DNA of 63,635 bases, filler included, from Aduncisulcus paluster (GCA_024181965.1; 8 parts of 8 records of this genome joined end to end with filler, not necessarily neighbours in it), one strand, 5' to 3'. Positions 12,001 to 23,300 are shown, numbered from the whole stretch's first letter. A program made the numbers and translations. The notes: generated by a model from the sequence alone, not told the origin.

Positions 12001-14130
12001 CAGTACTCTCATCGTTGGTTTCATCATTAACAGTTTCCTTATCATTAAATATATTAACACCATCTTTCTTTGCTGGAATCATCTTTCCTTCTTCCCCTTC
12101 TTCTTCATCTTTGGTCTTCTTAAAGTTATCGTGAGGAGTAAGTATGTGGATTTCTTCATGCTTAGGCGAATGAGGAGATTCGTATCTTGTTGATTCATCA
12201 TCATTATCTTCTGTTGTAAACTGTACAGCACTATCTTGAACATTTGTTCCCTTCTCTTTTATATCTGCTTGGTTTGAATCACCAAGACTTAGTTCTTCAT
12301 CTTTTGCTTCATCTTTCTCTTTCTTCTCCGCCTTTTCGTTCTTTTCTCCTTTCTCTTCGTCTCTTTCCTCCTCTTGGTCTTTTTCCTGCTCCTCCTCCTC
12401 TTCTTCTTGCTCTTCTCCTTTCGCTTCAACTCCCTGCATAACCTCCATCCAACGGTGAAGACACTCTTTCACAAGAACAGCAAGATCTGGACATTCCCAC
12501 CCTTGGACAGAGTCAATTACCCATGAATCCCACTCGGCAAGCGGACAGAGAGAGGCACCACACATATCCCCGAGGAGAGCAAGAGTCAAAAGGGATATCC
12601 GAAGAGGTTTGGGAACGGCTGAGACACACATGCACATTGGAAGCAGCAAACCATGCTGAAACATAAGGGAGAGTATATAATTCACATCATTAGGGGAAGG
12701 AGGAAGAGAGTCTTCTGATCTATTTTTAGATTCTTTCTCATATAATGAGAATATTGGGATAGACTTTGGATCAAAGGGCATAAAACAAGGGTTTTCTCTC
12801 CGACTCGAAAGAACCATAAGACTCGAAAATTCACTTTCACAGAGTGCGCAAAACAGTGAAAATGAGTGTGAAATAAATTGATATGGAAAATATTGAGACA
12901 GTTCACTTCCGTTAGAATCTATTTTTAGTTCAGAGGAAGGTGTAGTATCACTCCGAATTCCATAAATAGATTCTAATTTCATTGATTTTCCAGCATTCTT
13001 CTTGCTTTTCTCGAGCTCTAATATCCTTTGCATTGAAGCTTGTGACATTCCAAATGAAGCGCATAGTTGTGATAATACTTTGTCATGTTCAGCTTGGAGT
13101 GTCTTATCAAAGTATTTTCGTCTTGAGGCCGCCCCAAACTTCGACAATACCCTTGATTCGTTTAAAGTGTGGGCTATATAGAGGGAAAGGGAATGGGCAG
13201 AGTTCAATATGGAATTAATTCCGTTGATCAAAGTTACAATTGAATCCTGACGTTGAGGTGATTTTAAAAAGATGAAGGGAGAAGACGGTAAGCGAGGAAG
13301 TGGGAAAAAATCTTCTGAAAATGCAATGACACTTCCTTGAAGAACATGAAACACATCAACAATCAATCCACAGAGATATTCACATCTTTGTAAAGAAACA
13401 CAGTATATAATGTCATTAAGTCGAACTAATTCACTAATTAACCATCTACATATGAAAGAAAATAAAGGATATGGAAGAATGGTGGATAAATGTTTTGATT
13501 TTGTTGGAGGTCTTTTCTTCCTAAAAGTATCAGCACTGGGTAAACTTTTTGAATGTTTTGAGGATTTTTCACGACTAACTTCCGTCACAACAATGCCGGA
13601 ATCTATTGATTGAACAGATGAAGGTTCTTCTTCATCAATCATATCAAAATATTTCCATCCTGGGGAGGAGCTTGCATCATCACTGTAATCTGAAATTTCT
13701 TCCTCAAAAAAATCTGCGTGGAGAGAATTATTGATTGTTATCGATGAAGATATCTCAGAGGCACAGGCTTCACTTATTGGAGGAGTAAATCCATAAAGAA
13801 GTGAAATAAGGGTTTCAATAACTAATAATCTTATCTGATAACCTTCTGATTGATCAGATTTTCGCAGAGAAGCACGTGGAGATGTAAGGATAGTCCCTCG
13901 TATAATATCTGGTTGGGAATGGAGAGAAATTGTATCCATCGATGCTCGAATTGTTAATATAATATAATCATAAATATCCTTATTCGATTTCACCCGAAGG
14001 GCACGGGAACGAAGGATTTTTAACCAAACTCCTAAAAAAGGGTTGAAAAAAAAATTAATAAAACGATATCTTATAATATTCAATGCAAAAAATCAAAAAT
14101 ACCCGGTTTCATACCTTCAGTTAGAATCAT
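9002..14130 (-). CDS. Large hypothetical protein (about 1680 aa), two exons: 14130-14115 and 14031-9002
   Basis: A 5-kb open frame. ATGATTCTAACTGAAG|GTATG...TTTTTTAG|GAGTTTGG splices in frame to MILTEGVWLKILR. Helical and acidic low-complexity content, no recognised domain. Confidence 0.8.
14032..14114 (-). other. Spliceosomal intron (83 nt, phase 1)
   Basis: GTATG donor, T-rich body, TAG acceptor; removal supplies the missing ATG in frame. Confidence 0.75.
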
Positions 14131-14322
14131 TTCGTTCGAATTGGCCAAAAAAGGAAAATCAAGCCCAAGTTGGATAAGATCTTATAAAAACAAAGAAATA
14201 CGTTTTTTTACTAGCAATGTATACACAAGCGAATAAAATTAAATAAAAGAACTATCACAAAATCAAAAAGTGCAGATGATTACAAAAAAAAAAAAAATTA
14301 TTGAAAAAACAGCAGATAATAT

Positions 14323-15549
14323 TCACACAAGATTGATAGTAAAGTGAATATAAAAGTCAGAATTTCTGGCAATCATCCTTCTAAATTCTTCAAAGCCAAT
14401 TTTCCCTTCAGCAGCAAATTGGGCGGCCTCTTCCATAACAGCTTCCTTAATTTCGGTAATGTCATCTTCGGACAATCCTTGATCAGCAAGAAGAAGACGA
14501 CCACGCTTAGTTAAACGATCCTCAAGTTTCATTCCAACAAAATCGCGAAGGATATCTTCTTCCTTCTTTTTACCCTTCTTACCCTTTTTCTTCTTGTCTT
14601 TCTTGGGAGCTTTGGCCTCTTTGACTCCAATGGCATGTTTGTTCATTCCTTTGGCGGCAGAACCCATGATAAGGCTAGCAATCTTAGCAGCCTGAGCGGC
14701 CTTCTCCTCTTTCTTATCGTCGGTACTCTCAGATAGCTCGCTGTAATATTCGCTATAATATTCATCGTCGCCAGTGCTCCCGCTTGGAGGGGATTGGATT
14801 GGAGGGGGAGCTCTGCCGGCTTGCATAGGAATCCCAGGGGCCATGCCTGGTTGTGGCATGGGACCTCCACGGTAAGGAGCACCTGGGGCATAACCAGCAG
14901 GATATCCGGGTGGGACCTGCATGCGGGGAGCTTCCATCACAAAGATATCACCAGTACGAGGATCTTTGAAGAGTTTCTTTCCGCTCATCACAGCAGTTGT
15001 CAATGACTTGGTAATCTTTTCCATTTGGGTCTTCTTTCCAACTTCAATCATATAATGCTTCACGACAGCATTCATGGCAGCAACCAATTTTGGCTTAGGA
15101 ACAACGAGGGCAACGACCAAATTCTCAATGTCCATCTCATTAATGTAACCATCGTTGTCTGAATCATACACTCTAAAGGCAACCTGCTCCTTTACAAGAG
15201 GATGGGCAGCATCAGATAATACAGTGGCTAGCATAACAAAATTAAGGAAAGAAAGGGAATTGTCTGATTTATGGTCGCTAAAAATACGGCACAAACGCTC
15301 AATAAATGGATTGTGAACAAACTCTGGAAGTGAAGAAACAGCAATTGAAGGAACGCGACATCTTCCATCGTCATATGCCATAAGAGAAAAGGGTTCACTC
15401 ACTAGAGAGGATCCTCCCTTAGAAGAATGATATAAATCTATAAATAATTGATACAAAGCAGTTAATTCCTTCTTTTTGAAAAAAGACCTTGCCATGAGAT
15501 CAGCAACCATCTCATTCGGCAATTTCCTCTCACTAGAACAGCAGGGCAT
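14323..15549 (-). CDS. CIB / calcineurin-B-like EF-hand protein with a large internal insertion
   Basis: LPEFVHNPFIERLCRIFS, LSFLNFV, KEQVAFRVYDSDNDGYINEMDI (canonical EF hand) and C-terminal LSEDDITEI...IGFEEFRRMIARNSDFYIHFTI match CIB-family landmarks. N-terminal MPCC may be acylated. Confidence 0.85.
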   Translation of the reverse strand: MPCCSSERKLPNEMVADLMARSFFKKKELTALYQLFIDLYHSSKGGSSLVSEPFSLMAYDDGRCRVPSIAVSSLPEFVHNPFIERLCRIFSDHKSDNSLSFLNFVMLATVLSDAAHPLVKEQVAFRVYDSDNDGYINEMDIENLVVALVVPKPKLVAAMNAVVKHYMIEVGKKTQMEKITKSLTTAVMSGKKLFKDPRTGDIFVMEAPRMQVPPGYPAGYAPGAPYRGGPMPQPGMAPGIPMQAGRAPPPIQSPPSGSTGDDEYYSEYYSELSESTDDKKEEKAAQAAKIASLIMGSAAKGMNKHAIGVKEAKAPKKDKKKKGKKGKKKEEDILRDFVGMKLEDRLTKRGRLLLADQGLSEDDITEIKEAVMEEAAQFAAEGKIGFEEFRRMIARNSDFYIHFTINLV

Positions 15550-15901
15550 ATTTAAATTTAACCTTTTATAAGGGTGGAATTAATGAAGTAAACAAAACCT
15601 AATGAACAATCCGATCGAGAATTATCGGTGTTGATGTATCAGTTAAACTCATGAAGTTCGATGATAATTATTAAATTAATACATGATTATTTTTATTTTT
15701 GAGCTTAATATTATGGTTATCATGTCGATTTGCTTCGATTTTTTTTTTGAGCGTCATTCTTTATATATATTCAAAAAATGAATTTGAAAACCAAAAAATA
15801 AAGCACAATATTTATTATTTTCTAGAATTTTCATAAAATAATTGCATTTCATAGGACCAAAAATTTTTTGAAAAATAAATCCACAAATACAGAACCGTCA
15901 C

Positions 15902-15989
15902 CGAATGATACAACTGATTTCATATAAAAACAAGAAAGTTAGTTTGTTTGTATTTCTATGGGTTTATACAAAATCAGTTGTATCATTCG
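15902..15989. repeat. 88-bp inverted repeat / hairpin
   Basis: CGAATGATACAACTGATTT (15902-15920) is the exact reverse complement of 15971-15989, with imperfect pairing further inward. Confidence 0.85.
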
Positions 15990-16073
15990 AGTGCACTGGT
16001 GAGTGTCTCATCACAAGGTTTAGATGAAGCATTGTAAAAGATGGTGAGAGAAAATAATAAAAATTATGGAGAA

Positions 16074-16078
<5 letters not shown>

Positions 16079-16113
<35 letters not shown>

Positions 16114-16114
16114 G
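16079..16114. repeat. Homopolymer A27 followed by G9
   Basis: Seen directly in intergenic DNA. Confidence 0.9.
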
Positions 16115-16765
16115 TGAAACGATCAAATGAGAATAAAAAAAAGAGAGAGAATGGTTATGACTGAGAAGGATGTCGAAAAAAAATAAGGGAGATGGCATTA
16201 TATAAAGGAAATAATGGGCCAAGTTGAATAATACTTCAAAATACTGTTCAAACTCTGTTTACAAAACTATCACTATACTGCCTGTTTGGAATGTGAAAAA
16301 GGTTATACTGCAATTCAAAAGCAAACAAAAAGCAAAGAAGAATCATGATAAAGAGAAAACCAAAGTACTATACTGTACTATACTGTTCTATACTAGCATT
16401 AGTACAGATTTCATGCAAAGGCGGACAATGACACGAGATAGTCATAGTCCACTTACACGTAAATACTGTACATATTTGGATTTGGCAGTACATTCTCCTT
16501 AGATTTGTCAATATACTGATATATTATAAACCAAAATTCTCTTGAACGTAAATATTTAGGCATTATTTCAACTCACATAAATTCCTTTCTATTAAACAAT
16601 AACTACTCTATACAAAGACTATACTATACTATCCTTAAACGTATTACTACTATAATACTATTGTGCAGTATAGGACAATATAATCTTGTACTGAGGTGGC
16701 AATAATAAATGACGACTACAGTGAATATACACAAGAACATACATATGATAGTTCATCATTTATAC

Positions 16766-19630
16766 TCACTTTGAACACTCTTTTTTCGTCACATTCCGCA
16801 CATGAAGAGCAACATCATACACAGTGAGCCTTCGTGTCATCCCATTCTTCCGAAGATAGCAGTTAAGCTTCTTCGAATCTGATTCCCGAGTGTTTGCAAA
16901 GTAAAGCCCACCTGTATCGGCTGGTCTATCAGTAGGAGATGGTGGATTCACAGTCACAACAAGCACATGACGACCTGACCTTCGATGCGGACCGACAGGG
17001 TACAACCGGACAACCGGCACAGCATCGCCAACAGGCGGGGGTACAAGACCACTGAGGAGGATCTGTTCAGCAAGCAAGCGAATATCATCGGGATTTCCTG
17101 GTATTCCGTTGACGTACCCAGCGTCAGTAATTCCAAACAAAATTCGACCACCATTGCCATTCATAAAACCACACACTGCACGCAACATTTCATACGAGAA
17201 TCTATCCTTGTCGCTCATACTCCCCCCTTTTGGGGATAAAACTCCTGAAGAAAAGCTCTTGAATTCTGTGAAAGTGTCCTCTTCAAGATGGAGCTGTTGG
17301 GATGGATAGAAGGGCAATGGGAGTGCAGGCAGTGATGAAGACGATGAGTGATGGATGGAATGTTGGCCGGAGCGAGAAGAGCTGCGATTTGGAGTGCTAT
17401 GGGGATTCGGAGTGCTAAACTTGGCTGATGATGAGTCCGAAATGGAGAATGGGTGGACGGAAGAGGCCTTCGGAGAAGAAACAGTGGATAAGAACTCAAC
17501 ATCATCACTATAAATAGATGTTGGAAATAGAGGTTTCTTTGAATCAGTGTCGATATCCTTCGTTTCATTTTGAGCTCCACTTTTTCCTTCAATAAAATCC
17601 ACTTCAAGATCGATTTCATCCGAATCCTCCCATATATCTGCAATCACTTCTTTAACATCATCGTCAGAAGCAACAGTTTTGAGAACATCCACTTCTCCTA
17701 ACTCACCAGGGCCTGGACTTGATGTCCAAGAAATGTGACTATCCTCTTCAGACCTTGGACGAGGGAAAGCAGAAGAAATGTCTTTCATGGGCACACTAGG
17801 CCACGAAGGGTTGGGAGGCCATACAGAACGGGGAATGGGTTCGGAGGTTTCTTCCTCTTCTTTCCGGGAGTGCCGGGTTTTATCAAGTGAATGGGGTTCT
17901 GGATAGACTAATATCTGCCCAGATGACCGAAGAAAAGAAGTATCGTGAGCTTGGTCATTCTCTTCGCTCATGGACTCTTCCTCGGTTTTATGAGAGAAAG
18001 AGGAAGCATCAAGAGAGGGATTTGTGGGCAAAGAGGAAGAACCAGAAAAGCGGGGGTAACTACGTTTTTTGCCTCGAGGATTTGTTTCAATTATATCATG
18101 GGCTTGAGTACTAATCTGGGCTGGTTTTGCATCAGGATCTCTGATCTCACCAGATATATCTTCCTGGTCAACACGATACGAGTCAAAGGACTCACTAGTA
18201 ATCCTTGAAAAGAAAGAGACGCTATATTCCTTTTCCATGTCATGTTGATAGGTCTTAGAGTAAAAAACATCCAAAGAGCGTGAGATGGCATTCTTGTTCA
18301 TAGTCAAAGCATCCTTCCAGTGTTCAGTAACTTCGGTGTGGAATGGTTCAGACCCGCACGCACAGCATGACCATATAGAAAGGATCTGATCGACAAGGGT
18401 TCCATCAATTTCAACAAGCCTTGAGCAACATATAATCCCATCATGTAGGGCTAAAAACAACTCCTTGGGAACATAGTTGAAGGTCATAGCGTTAGAAAGG
18501 TACATTCCAATCTCATAAAACACAGGGAAAACAGCTTTGAAGAAATTCGGGGGGATTCTCGTTATCTCCCGGTATTCGTCGTCGAGGACACTCCTTGGAA
18601 TGAAGTGGGCGGCAATGGATCCAATCGTTATGATAAATAACATGATTCTCTGAATGTCCCCAGGATTCACGGATCGTGGATCATCCAAGAGGCGGTTAGA
18701 GGCCTTAAGAATGGAAAGGCCAAGCATGAAGGTTCGATTATAGTTATGTTCTTTCGATGTTCTCGTTTTCACAAGCTCTAAGGCTATCAGAGCACTCAGA
18801 ATGATATTCTTGGGACTCTCGACTAGATTTTTGGAAAATTCCATTGGGGTAAACTTTTGTTTACCGTCAAGTTCGTGCGTAATTATGATATTCTTTGTTA
18901 ATAGGGTGGTCGAGAGAGCCATGCAATAGCTCAAATCAGATGAATTATGGAGACTGTGCATCGGTTTCTTATCGTAGAAATAATATTTATCTTGACTTTT
19001 CTTTGATTGTTCTTTCCAACGTTGTAATATAAGTTTGGCACCACTAAAAGAGTGCTTTTTGATGGTTTTTGATCTGAAGCAACGAGTTCTAATTTCTGAG
19101 TAAAATTTTTCATTATAAATGATGGAGCACAACGATGAGATGTTTGTACATTTAGTAAGCAGGATCTGAATGGACATAGGGGAAATTCCAAAAATATCTA
19201 ACAAGGGAACGATACCATCCTTAATACCCGAAAACTGTATAAGATCGGAATCATGAACTTTTTTTCCATCCAAATGATTACAAAAGGCGGACAAGAAACA
19301 TAAGATAGAACAACAAAGCAATGGATTTTGAAGGAAGTAAATATCAAGAACTTCTTCCAAAAATTTAACATCAGACCCACCTTTTCCATTAGGAAAGAAG
19401 ATTTCATATTCACGAGGTGGAACACGTTCGACAATATCCTTCACAATTTTCTCAAATACAGCAAATGCAGTATTCAATGATTCAACGGAGACCTCCTCAT
19501 TATTTTCCAAAATAATGGCAACTATGCCATGAGATATTGAAAAAAATATATTTTTGACGTCATGAGGGGTCTCCGGAGCAACTTTTGGCAAGATTGAGTG
19601 GAAATAATGTTTTAGACTCGTTATATCCAT
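16766..19630 (-). CDS. Protein with an N-terminal helical region, Ser-rich linker and C-terminal Schlafen/AlbA_2 domain
   Basis: EEDTFTEFKS...RAVCGFMNGNGGRILFGITDAGYVNGI...VLVVTV...CYLRKNGMTRRLT is the AlbA_2 signature (E..EFK, FxN.xGG..L.G..D.G.V.G, Y.R....T). The first ATG is at 19630. Confidence 0.85.
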   Translation of the reverse strand: MDITSLKHYFHSILPKVAPETPHDVKNIFFSISHGIVAIILENNEEVSVESLNTAFAVFEKIVKDIVERVPPREYEIFFPNGKGGSDVKFLEEVLDIYFLQNPLLCCSILCFLSAFCNHLDGKKVHDSDLIQFSGIKDGIVPLLDIFGISPMSIQILLTKCTNISSLCSIIYNEKFYSEIRTRCFRSKTIKKHSFSGAKLILQRWKEQSKKSQDKYYFYDKKPMHSLHNSSDLSYCMALSTTLLTKNIIITHELDGKQKFTPMEFSKNLVESPKNIILSALIALELVKTRTSKEHNYNRTFMLGLSILKASNRLLDDPRSVNPGDIQRIMLFIITIGSIAAHFIPRSVLDDEYREITRIPPNFFKAVFPVFYEIGMYLSNAMTFNYVPKELFLALHDGIICCSRLVEIDGTLVDQILSIWSCCACGSEPFHTEVTEHWKDALTMNKNAISRSLDVFYSKTYQHDMEKEYSVSFFSRITSESFDSYRVDQEDISGEIRDPDAKPAQISTQAHDIIETNPRGKKRSYPRFSGSSSLPTNPSLDASSFSHKTEEESMSEENDQAHDTSFLRSSGQILVYPEPHSLDKTRHSRKEEEETSEPIPRSVWPPNPSWPSVPMKDISSAFPRPRSEEDSHISWTSSPGPGELGEVDVLKTVASDDDVKEVIADIWEDSDEIDLEVDFIEGKSGAQNETKDIDTDSKKPLFPTSIYSDDVEFLSTVSSPKASSVHPFSISDSSSAKFSTPNPHSTPNRSSSRSGQHSIHHSSSSSLPALPLPFYPSQQLHLEEDTFTEFKSFSSGVLSPKGGSMSDKDRFSYEMLRAVCGFMNGNGGRILFGITDAGYVNGIPGNPDDIRLLAEQILLSGLVPPPVGDAVPVVRLYPVGPHRRSGRHVLVVTVNPPSPTDRPADTGGLYFANTRESDSKKLNCYLRKNGMTRRLTVYDVALHVRNVTKKECSK

Positions 19631-19876
19631 TGATAACAATTAATTAGAAATAATTAATATGAAAAACAATGAATTCGAGGTATAATGCCAAAGAGGAAGT
19701 TGCTGCTGACCAAAATGATCTTGAGTGATCATTCCCGAATACAGTACTCATTTTAGATCTGAGTACAGATATTCTGAATAATTAACATCTAGCCATCAAA
19801 ACAAAATATTAGCACTCAATATTTTTGTGATTTTATCCCATATCATACGAACCAGTGCTGGTTCGGATTAACACTA

Positions 19877-22800
19877 ATGGAGTTTGCAGGGATCTTCTCT
19901 GAATCAAAAATGATCAATTCGAGAATTCAATTATATATAATACTTTCAATCCTTTTTGTTTCTTTATTTCCTTATATTTTTTCAGAATCTTTGTGTACAG
20001 CTTATTTTCCCAATTCTGATGATATAAACGAATTTCAAGAGAGGAATAATATTACTTTAACAAAATCGGGCAATACTGGAAAATTATATACATTTCCCTG
20101 TGATAACTTTGTTACAAGCGATTCTGTTCGTGCAATGGAAATACTTGAAAACAATTCCCCAGATGATTCTATTGCCGTTGATCAAGTATTTCCAACCGCT
20201 ATGGTTGCTAGAATGACCTCAACTTTGGACACTTCTGGCGTTGATGTCGTCATCCAAAGAGATGTTGTTCTTGATCTCTCTCAAAAACCCGTTTCTCTCG
20301 AGTCATCAAAAACTTCCTCTTCTTCTTTATTTTCCAATGTTGTACGTTCAATGACTACATCTTTTGATGATCCTGACTATCTTGATCAATGGCACCTCGA
20401 TAAATCCTTTTCAAGCACTGCTGTAGTCGATATTGATGCTGTTGGAGCTTGGGATCTCGGTTATACTGGGTATCATATCCCCGTTGTTGTTAATGATAAT
20501 GGACTTAGACATGCTCATCCCGACTTCCTTGATACTTATAGTGGACTGTATTCCTACGATTATGAAGAGGATGTTACGGATCCTTCTCCAAGTAGTAGCA
20601 CCATATACCATGGAACGGCTTGTGCTGGACTCATCTCTGCTGGTGATAACAATGGATCATGTGGGGTTGGTGTGGCCTATGAGTCTTCTCTTTCTGGTAG
20701 AAAAGTTATATATGATACTGTCACTACTGCTATACTTGCCGAAGCCATCCAATCTGATTCGGAGTCAATTTCTGTTAGTTCCAATTCCTACGGACCATCT
20801 TCATGTGGAGAATCAGGATCTTATACTGTTTGCATTAATGTGGGACATTATTCAGTTGTCAATGATGCCTTTGACTATGCTATCCAGAGCGGACGTAGTG
20901 GTCTCGGTACGCTAGTGTTCTTCTCCTCCGGTAATGACCAGGACTATGGTGGTGATGCCAGTTTATACTTCACTACCTACCCCTATGTCTTTTCTATAGG
21001 AGCTATCGGAGCTAATGGAAAGACTGCTCCATATTCTAACCCTGGAGAGGTTGTGTCCCTTGTTGCTCCCAGTAATGGTTACGATACTAATGGGGATGTC
21101 CTTTCTATCACTACTGATGGTTATAATGGCTGTATATCAAGCTTCGGTGGAACTTCTGCTGCTGCTCCTATTGCTGCTGGTGTGGGTGCTCTTGTTCTCA
21201 GCGTTAATGAAAACCTCTCTCTTCGTGAGGTGTTTAACATCCTGATTCATTCTGCTCTCCTCCCACCTGATCCATATGTTTCCAAAACATACGGTTATGA
21301 CTCCTATTGGAAGCTCAATCCATCTGGAATGTGGCACAATAGATACTACGGGTTTGGTGTGGTCAATGCTAAGCGTGCTGTAATCCTTGCTGAACAGACC
21401 ATTGCTGGACAGTTGCCATCAGCTATCATGGATGGGACCACTGATACAACCCTGACAATCACCGCTCCAGATGACACTTCTCTTTTCGAGCAGAAGATAT
21501 ACGCCGATGATGGAGATACGGTTGGAGTCTTCGAGTTTACCGTCAGTGACTCTGATTTCATTATTGAAGTCATTGAGCTTAAGATAGATGCTGATGTTGG
21601 TGCCTTTTCAGATTTCGAGATTGATTTGCACGTTCCTTCACCTCTTCGAAGGGACGATGATGCTGCTGATGTCATGGTTCCCTCCAGGATCAGTGCTTCC
21701 CAAGAGTCTCTTGTTACTTATGAGTCTCCATTNNNNNNNNNNNNNNNNNNNNTGGATGGGACCACTGATACAACCCTGACAATCACCGCTCCAGATGACA
21801 CTTCTCTTTTCGAGCAGAAGATATACGCCGATGATGGAGATACGGTTGGAGTCTTCGAGTTTACCGTCAGTGACTCTGATTTCATTATTGAAGTCATTGA
21901 GCTTAAGATAGATGCTGATGTTGGTGCCTTTTCAGATTTCGAGATTGATTTGCACGTTCCTTCAACTCTTCGAAGGGACGATGATGCTGCTGATGTCATG
22001 GTTCCCTCCAGGATCAGTGCTTCCCAAGAGTCTCTTGTTACTTATGAGTCTCCATTCTACAGTGTGTCCTGCTTCGGTGGTAATGCCGAGGGTTCATGGA
22101 AGGTTAAGATAGTAGATACCGCTGGGTATTATTACAATAACTTTATGACCATCTATGACTTGCAACTCACTTTCTATGGATACAGAGCAATTGGTAATGC
22201 TTCCTTTGTTTCCATTGGCGAGGAGCTTAATGTGTCTGATACCACTGTCAAGACTTTGAGTTACGATCTGTCCGGAGCTTCTTCTTCATCCTTCCAAGTC
22301 TGGCTTGTTCCTGGAACCATCCATGGAGGTATTGACTATTCCGAGCTTGATTCAGACCTTATGATACAGACTTTGTACTCCAAGGTTGGCTCCACTTCTT
22401 TCAATATTGAGTCTGATTTCCCCTCAATTTCTACTCTGATTGACACTGGTGAATACCCATCTTACACGTGGAAGCTGAGGATTGTCTCAACAGCTGATCG
22501 CTCAGAGTTCATTGATACCGTTCCATTCGCACTCTATGACGATGATAACGATCTTCCTTTGGCACCCGGATCTGATGGTCCCTTCGAGTGGACTGTCGCC
22601 ATGATCATTGGAATCATCTTTGGATGTATCGTTCTCATACTCACTGTTGTATGTTGCATCTCTATCTGCAAGAAGAATAAGCAGAGGAAGACCGGATATT
22701 CTGGTCCATCCCGTACTCTTAGCATGGAATCTCCTACTACTGGTGCTGTGTATGCCTCTGCTGCGCCTCAACAGCAGCCCTACCATATGCCATCACAATC

Positions 22801-22981
22801 TATGCACTACACCATCCCTTCCTCCGCCCAGCAGGAGCAGGATCTCTACTCTGGAGGTCCTAGGTGTCCTGCTGCTCAAAATCCAGCCGGGCAACAATAT
22901 GGCATGCGGGAAGAATATCACATCTCTAATCCTACTTCCTTCCAACAGGCTCAGTACGGGTACGTTAAACCTGGGTATTAG
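19877..22981 (+). CDS. Kexin/furin-like subtilisin (S8) protease with P-domain, TM helix and cytosolic tail (about 926 aa after removing the duplication)
   Basis: N-terminal hydrophobic segment; DP...QWHL; triad motifs VVVNDNG, HGTACAG and GTSAAAP; oxyanion SSGN; YGFGVVNA; P-domain (G.W.V.I.D...LTFYG); TM IIGIIFGCIVLILTVVCC. 21429-21732 is duplicated across the gap. Confidence 0.93.
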   Translation: MEFAGIFSESKMINSRIQLYIILSILFVSLFPYIFSESLCTAYFPNSDDINEFQERNNITLTKSGNTGKLYTFPCDNFVTSDSVRAMEILENNSPDDSIAVDQVFPTAMVARMTSTLDTSGVDVVIQRDVVLDLSQKPVSLESSKTSSSSLFSNVVRSMTTSFDDPDYLDQWHLDKSFSSTAVVDIDAVGAWDLGYTGYHIPVVVNDNGLRHAHPDFLDTYSGLYSYDYEEDVTDPSPSSSTIYHGTACAGLISAGDNNGSCGVGVAYESSLSGRKVIYDTVTTAILAEAIQSDSESISVSSNSYGPSSCGESGSYTVCINVGHYSVVNDAFDYAIQSGRSGLGTLVFFSSGNDQDYGGDASLYFTTYPYVFSIGAIGANGKTAPYSNPGEVVSLVAPSNGYDTNGDVLSITTDGYNGCISSFGGTSAAAPIAAGVGALVLSVNENLSLREVFNILIHSALLPPDPYVSKTYGYDSYWKLNPSGMWHNRYYGFGVVNAKRAVILAEQTIAGQLPSAIMDGTTDTTLTITAPDDTSLFEQKIYADDGDTVGVFEFTVSDSDFIIEVIELKIDADVGAFSDFEIDLHVPSPLRRDDDAADVMVPSRISASQESLVTYESPXXXXXXXXDGTTDTTLTITAPDDTSLFEQKIYADDGDTVGVFEFTVSDSDFIIEVIELKIDADVGAFSDFEIDLHVPSTLRRDDDAADVMVPSRISASQESLVTYESPFYSVSCFGGNAEGSWKVKIVDTAGYYYNNFMTIYDLQLTFYGYRAIGNASFVSIGEELNVSDTTVKTLSYDLSGASSSSFQVWLVPGTIHGGIDYSELDSDLMIQTLYSKVGSTSFNIESDFPSISTLIDTGEYPSYTWKLRIVSTADRSEFIDTVPFALYDDDNDLPLAPGSDGPFEWTVAMIIGIIFGCIVLILTVVCCISICKKNKQRKTGYSGPSRTLSMESPTTGAVYASAAPQQQPYHMPSQSMHYTIPSSAQQEQDLYSGGPRCPAAQNPAGQQYGMREEYHISNPTSFQQAQYGYVKPGY

Positions 22982-23300
22982 TGAGAAGCTCTGAAGTGGA
23001 AAATTTGATCGATTCTGCCAAGAATGAGAACGAATATAGTCATCATATTTGGCTATAATTTTTTGTTTATTATAAACTCACAATCAACATTTTAATATAT
23101 TTTTTTCAATAATCGTAATTTATAATATTAAATATAACATGTATTTGATATTCTATAGTTTTCTACTTTCTACTGTTATAATAAACCGTTAAATCTCAGT
23201 TGAAACCCGTGGATATTTAATTCTAAGTCTTCAAGAATCCGATTCTGAGATCTACTTTATGTCCAGAAGTCCGCTAACCACAATTTGGCAAGTACTCTTG

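Noticed and set aside
16260..16690. Degenerate TACTA/TACTG-rich tract and ORF 16224-16502
   Set aside because: Low-complexity intergenic sequence with no stable period or coding signal.
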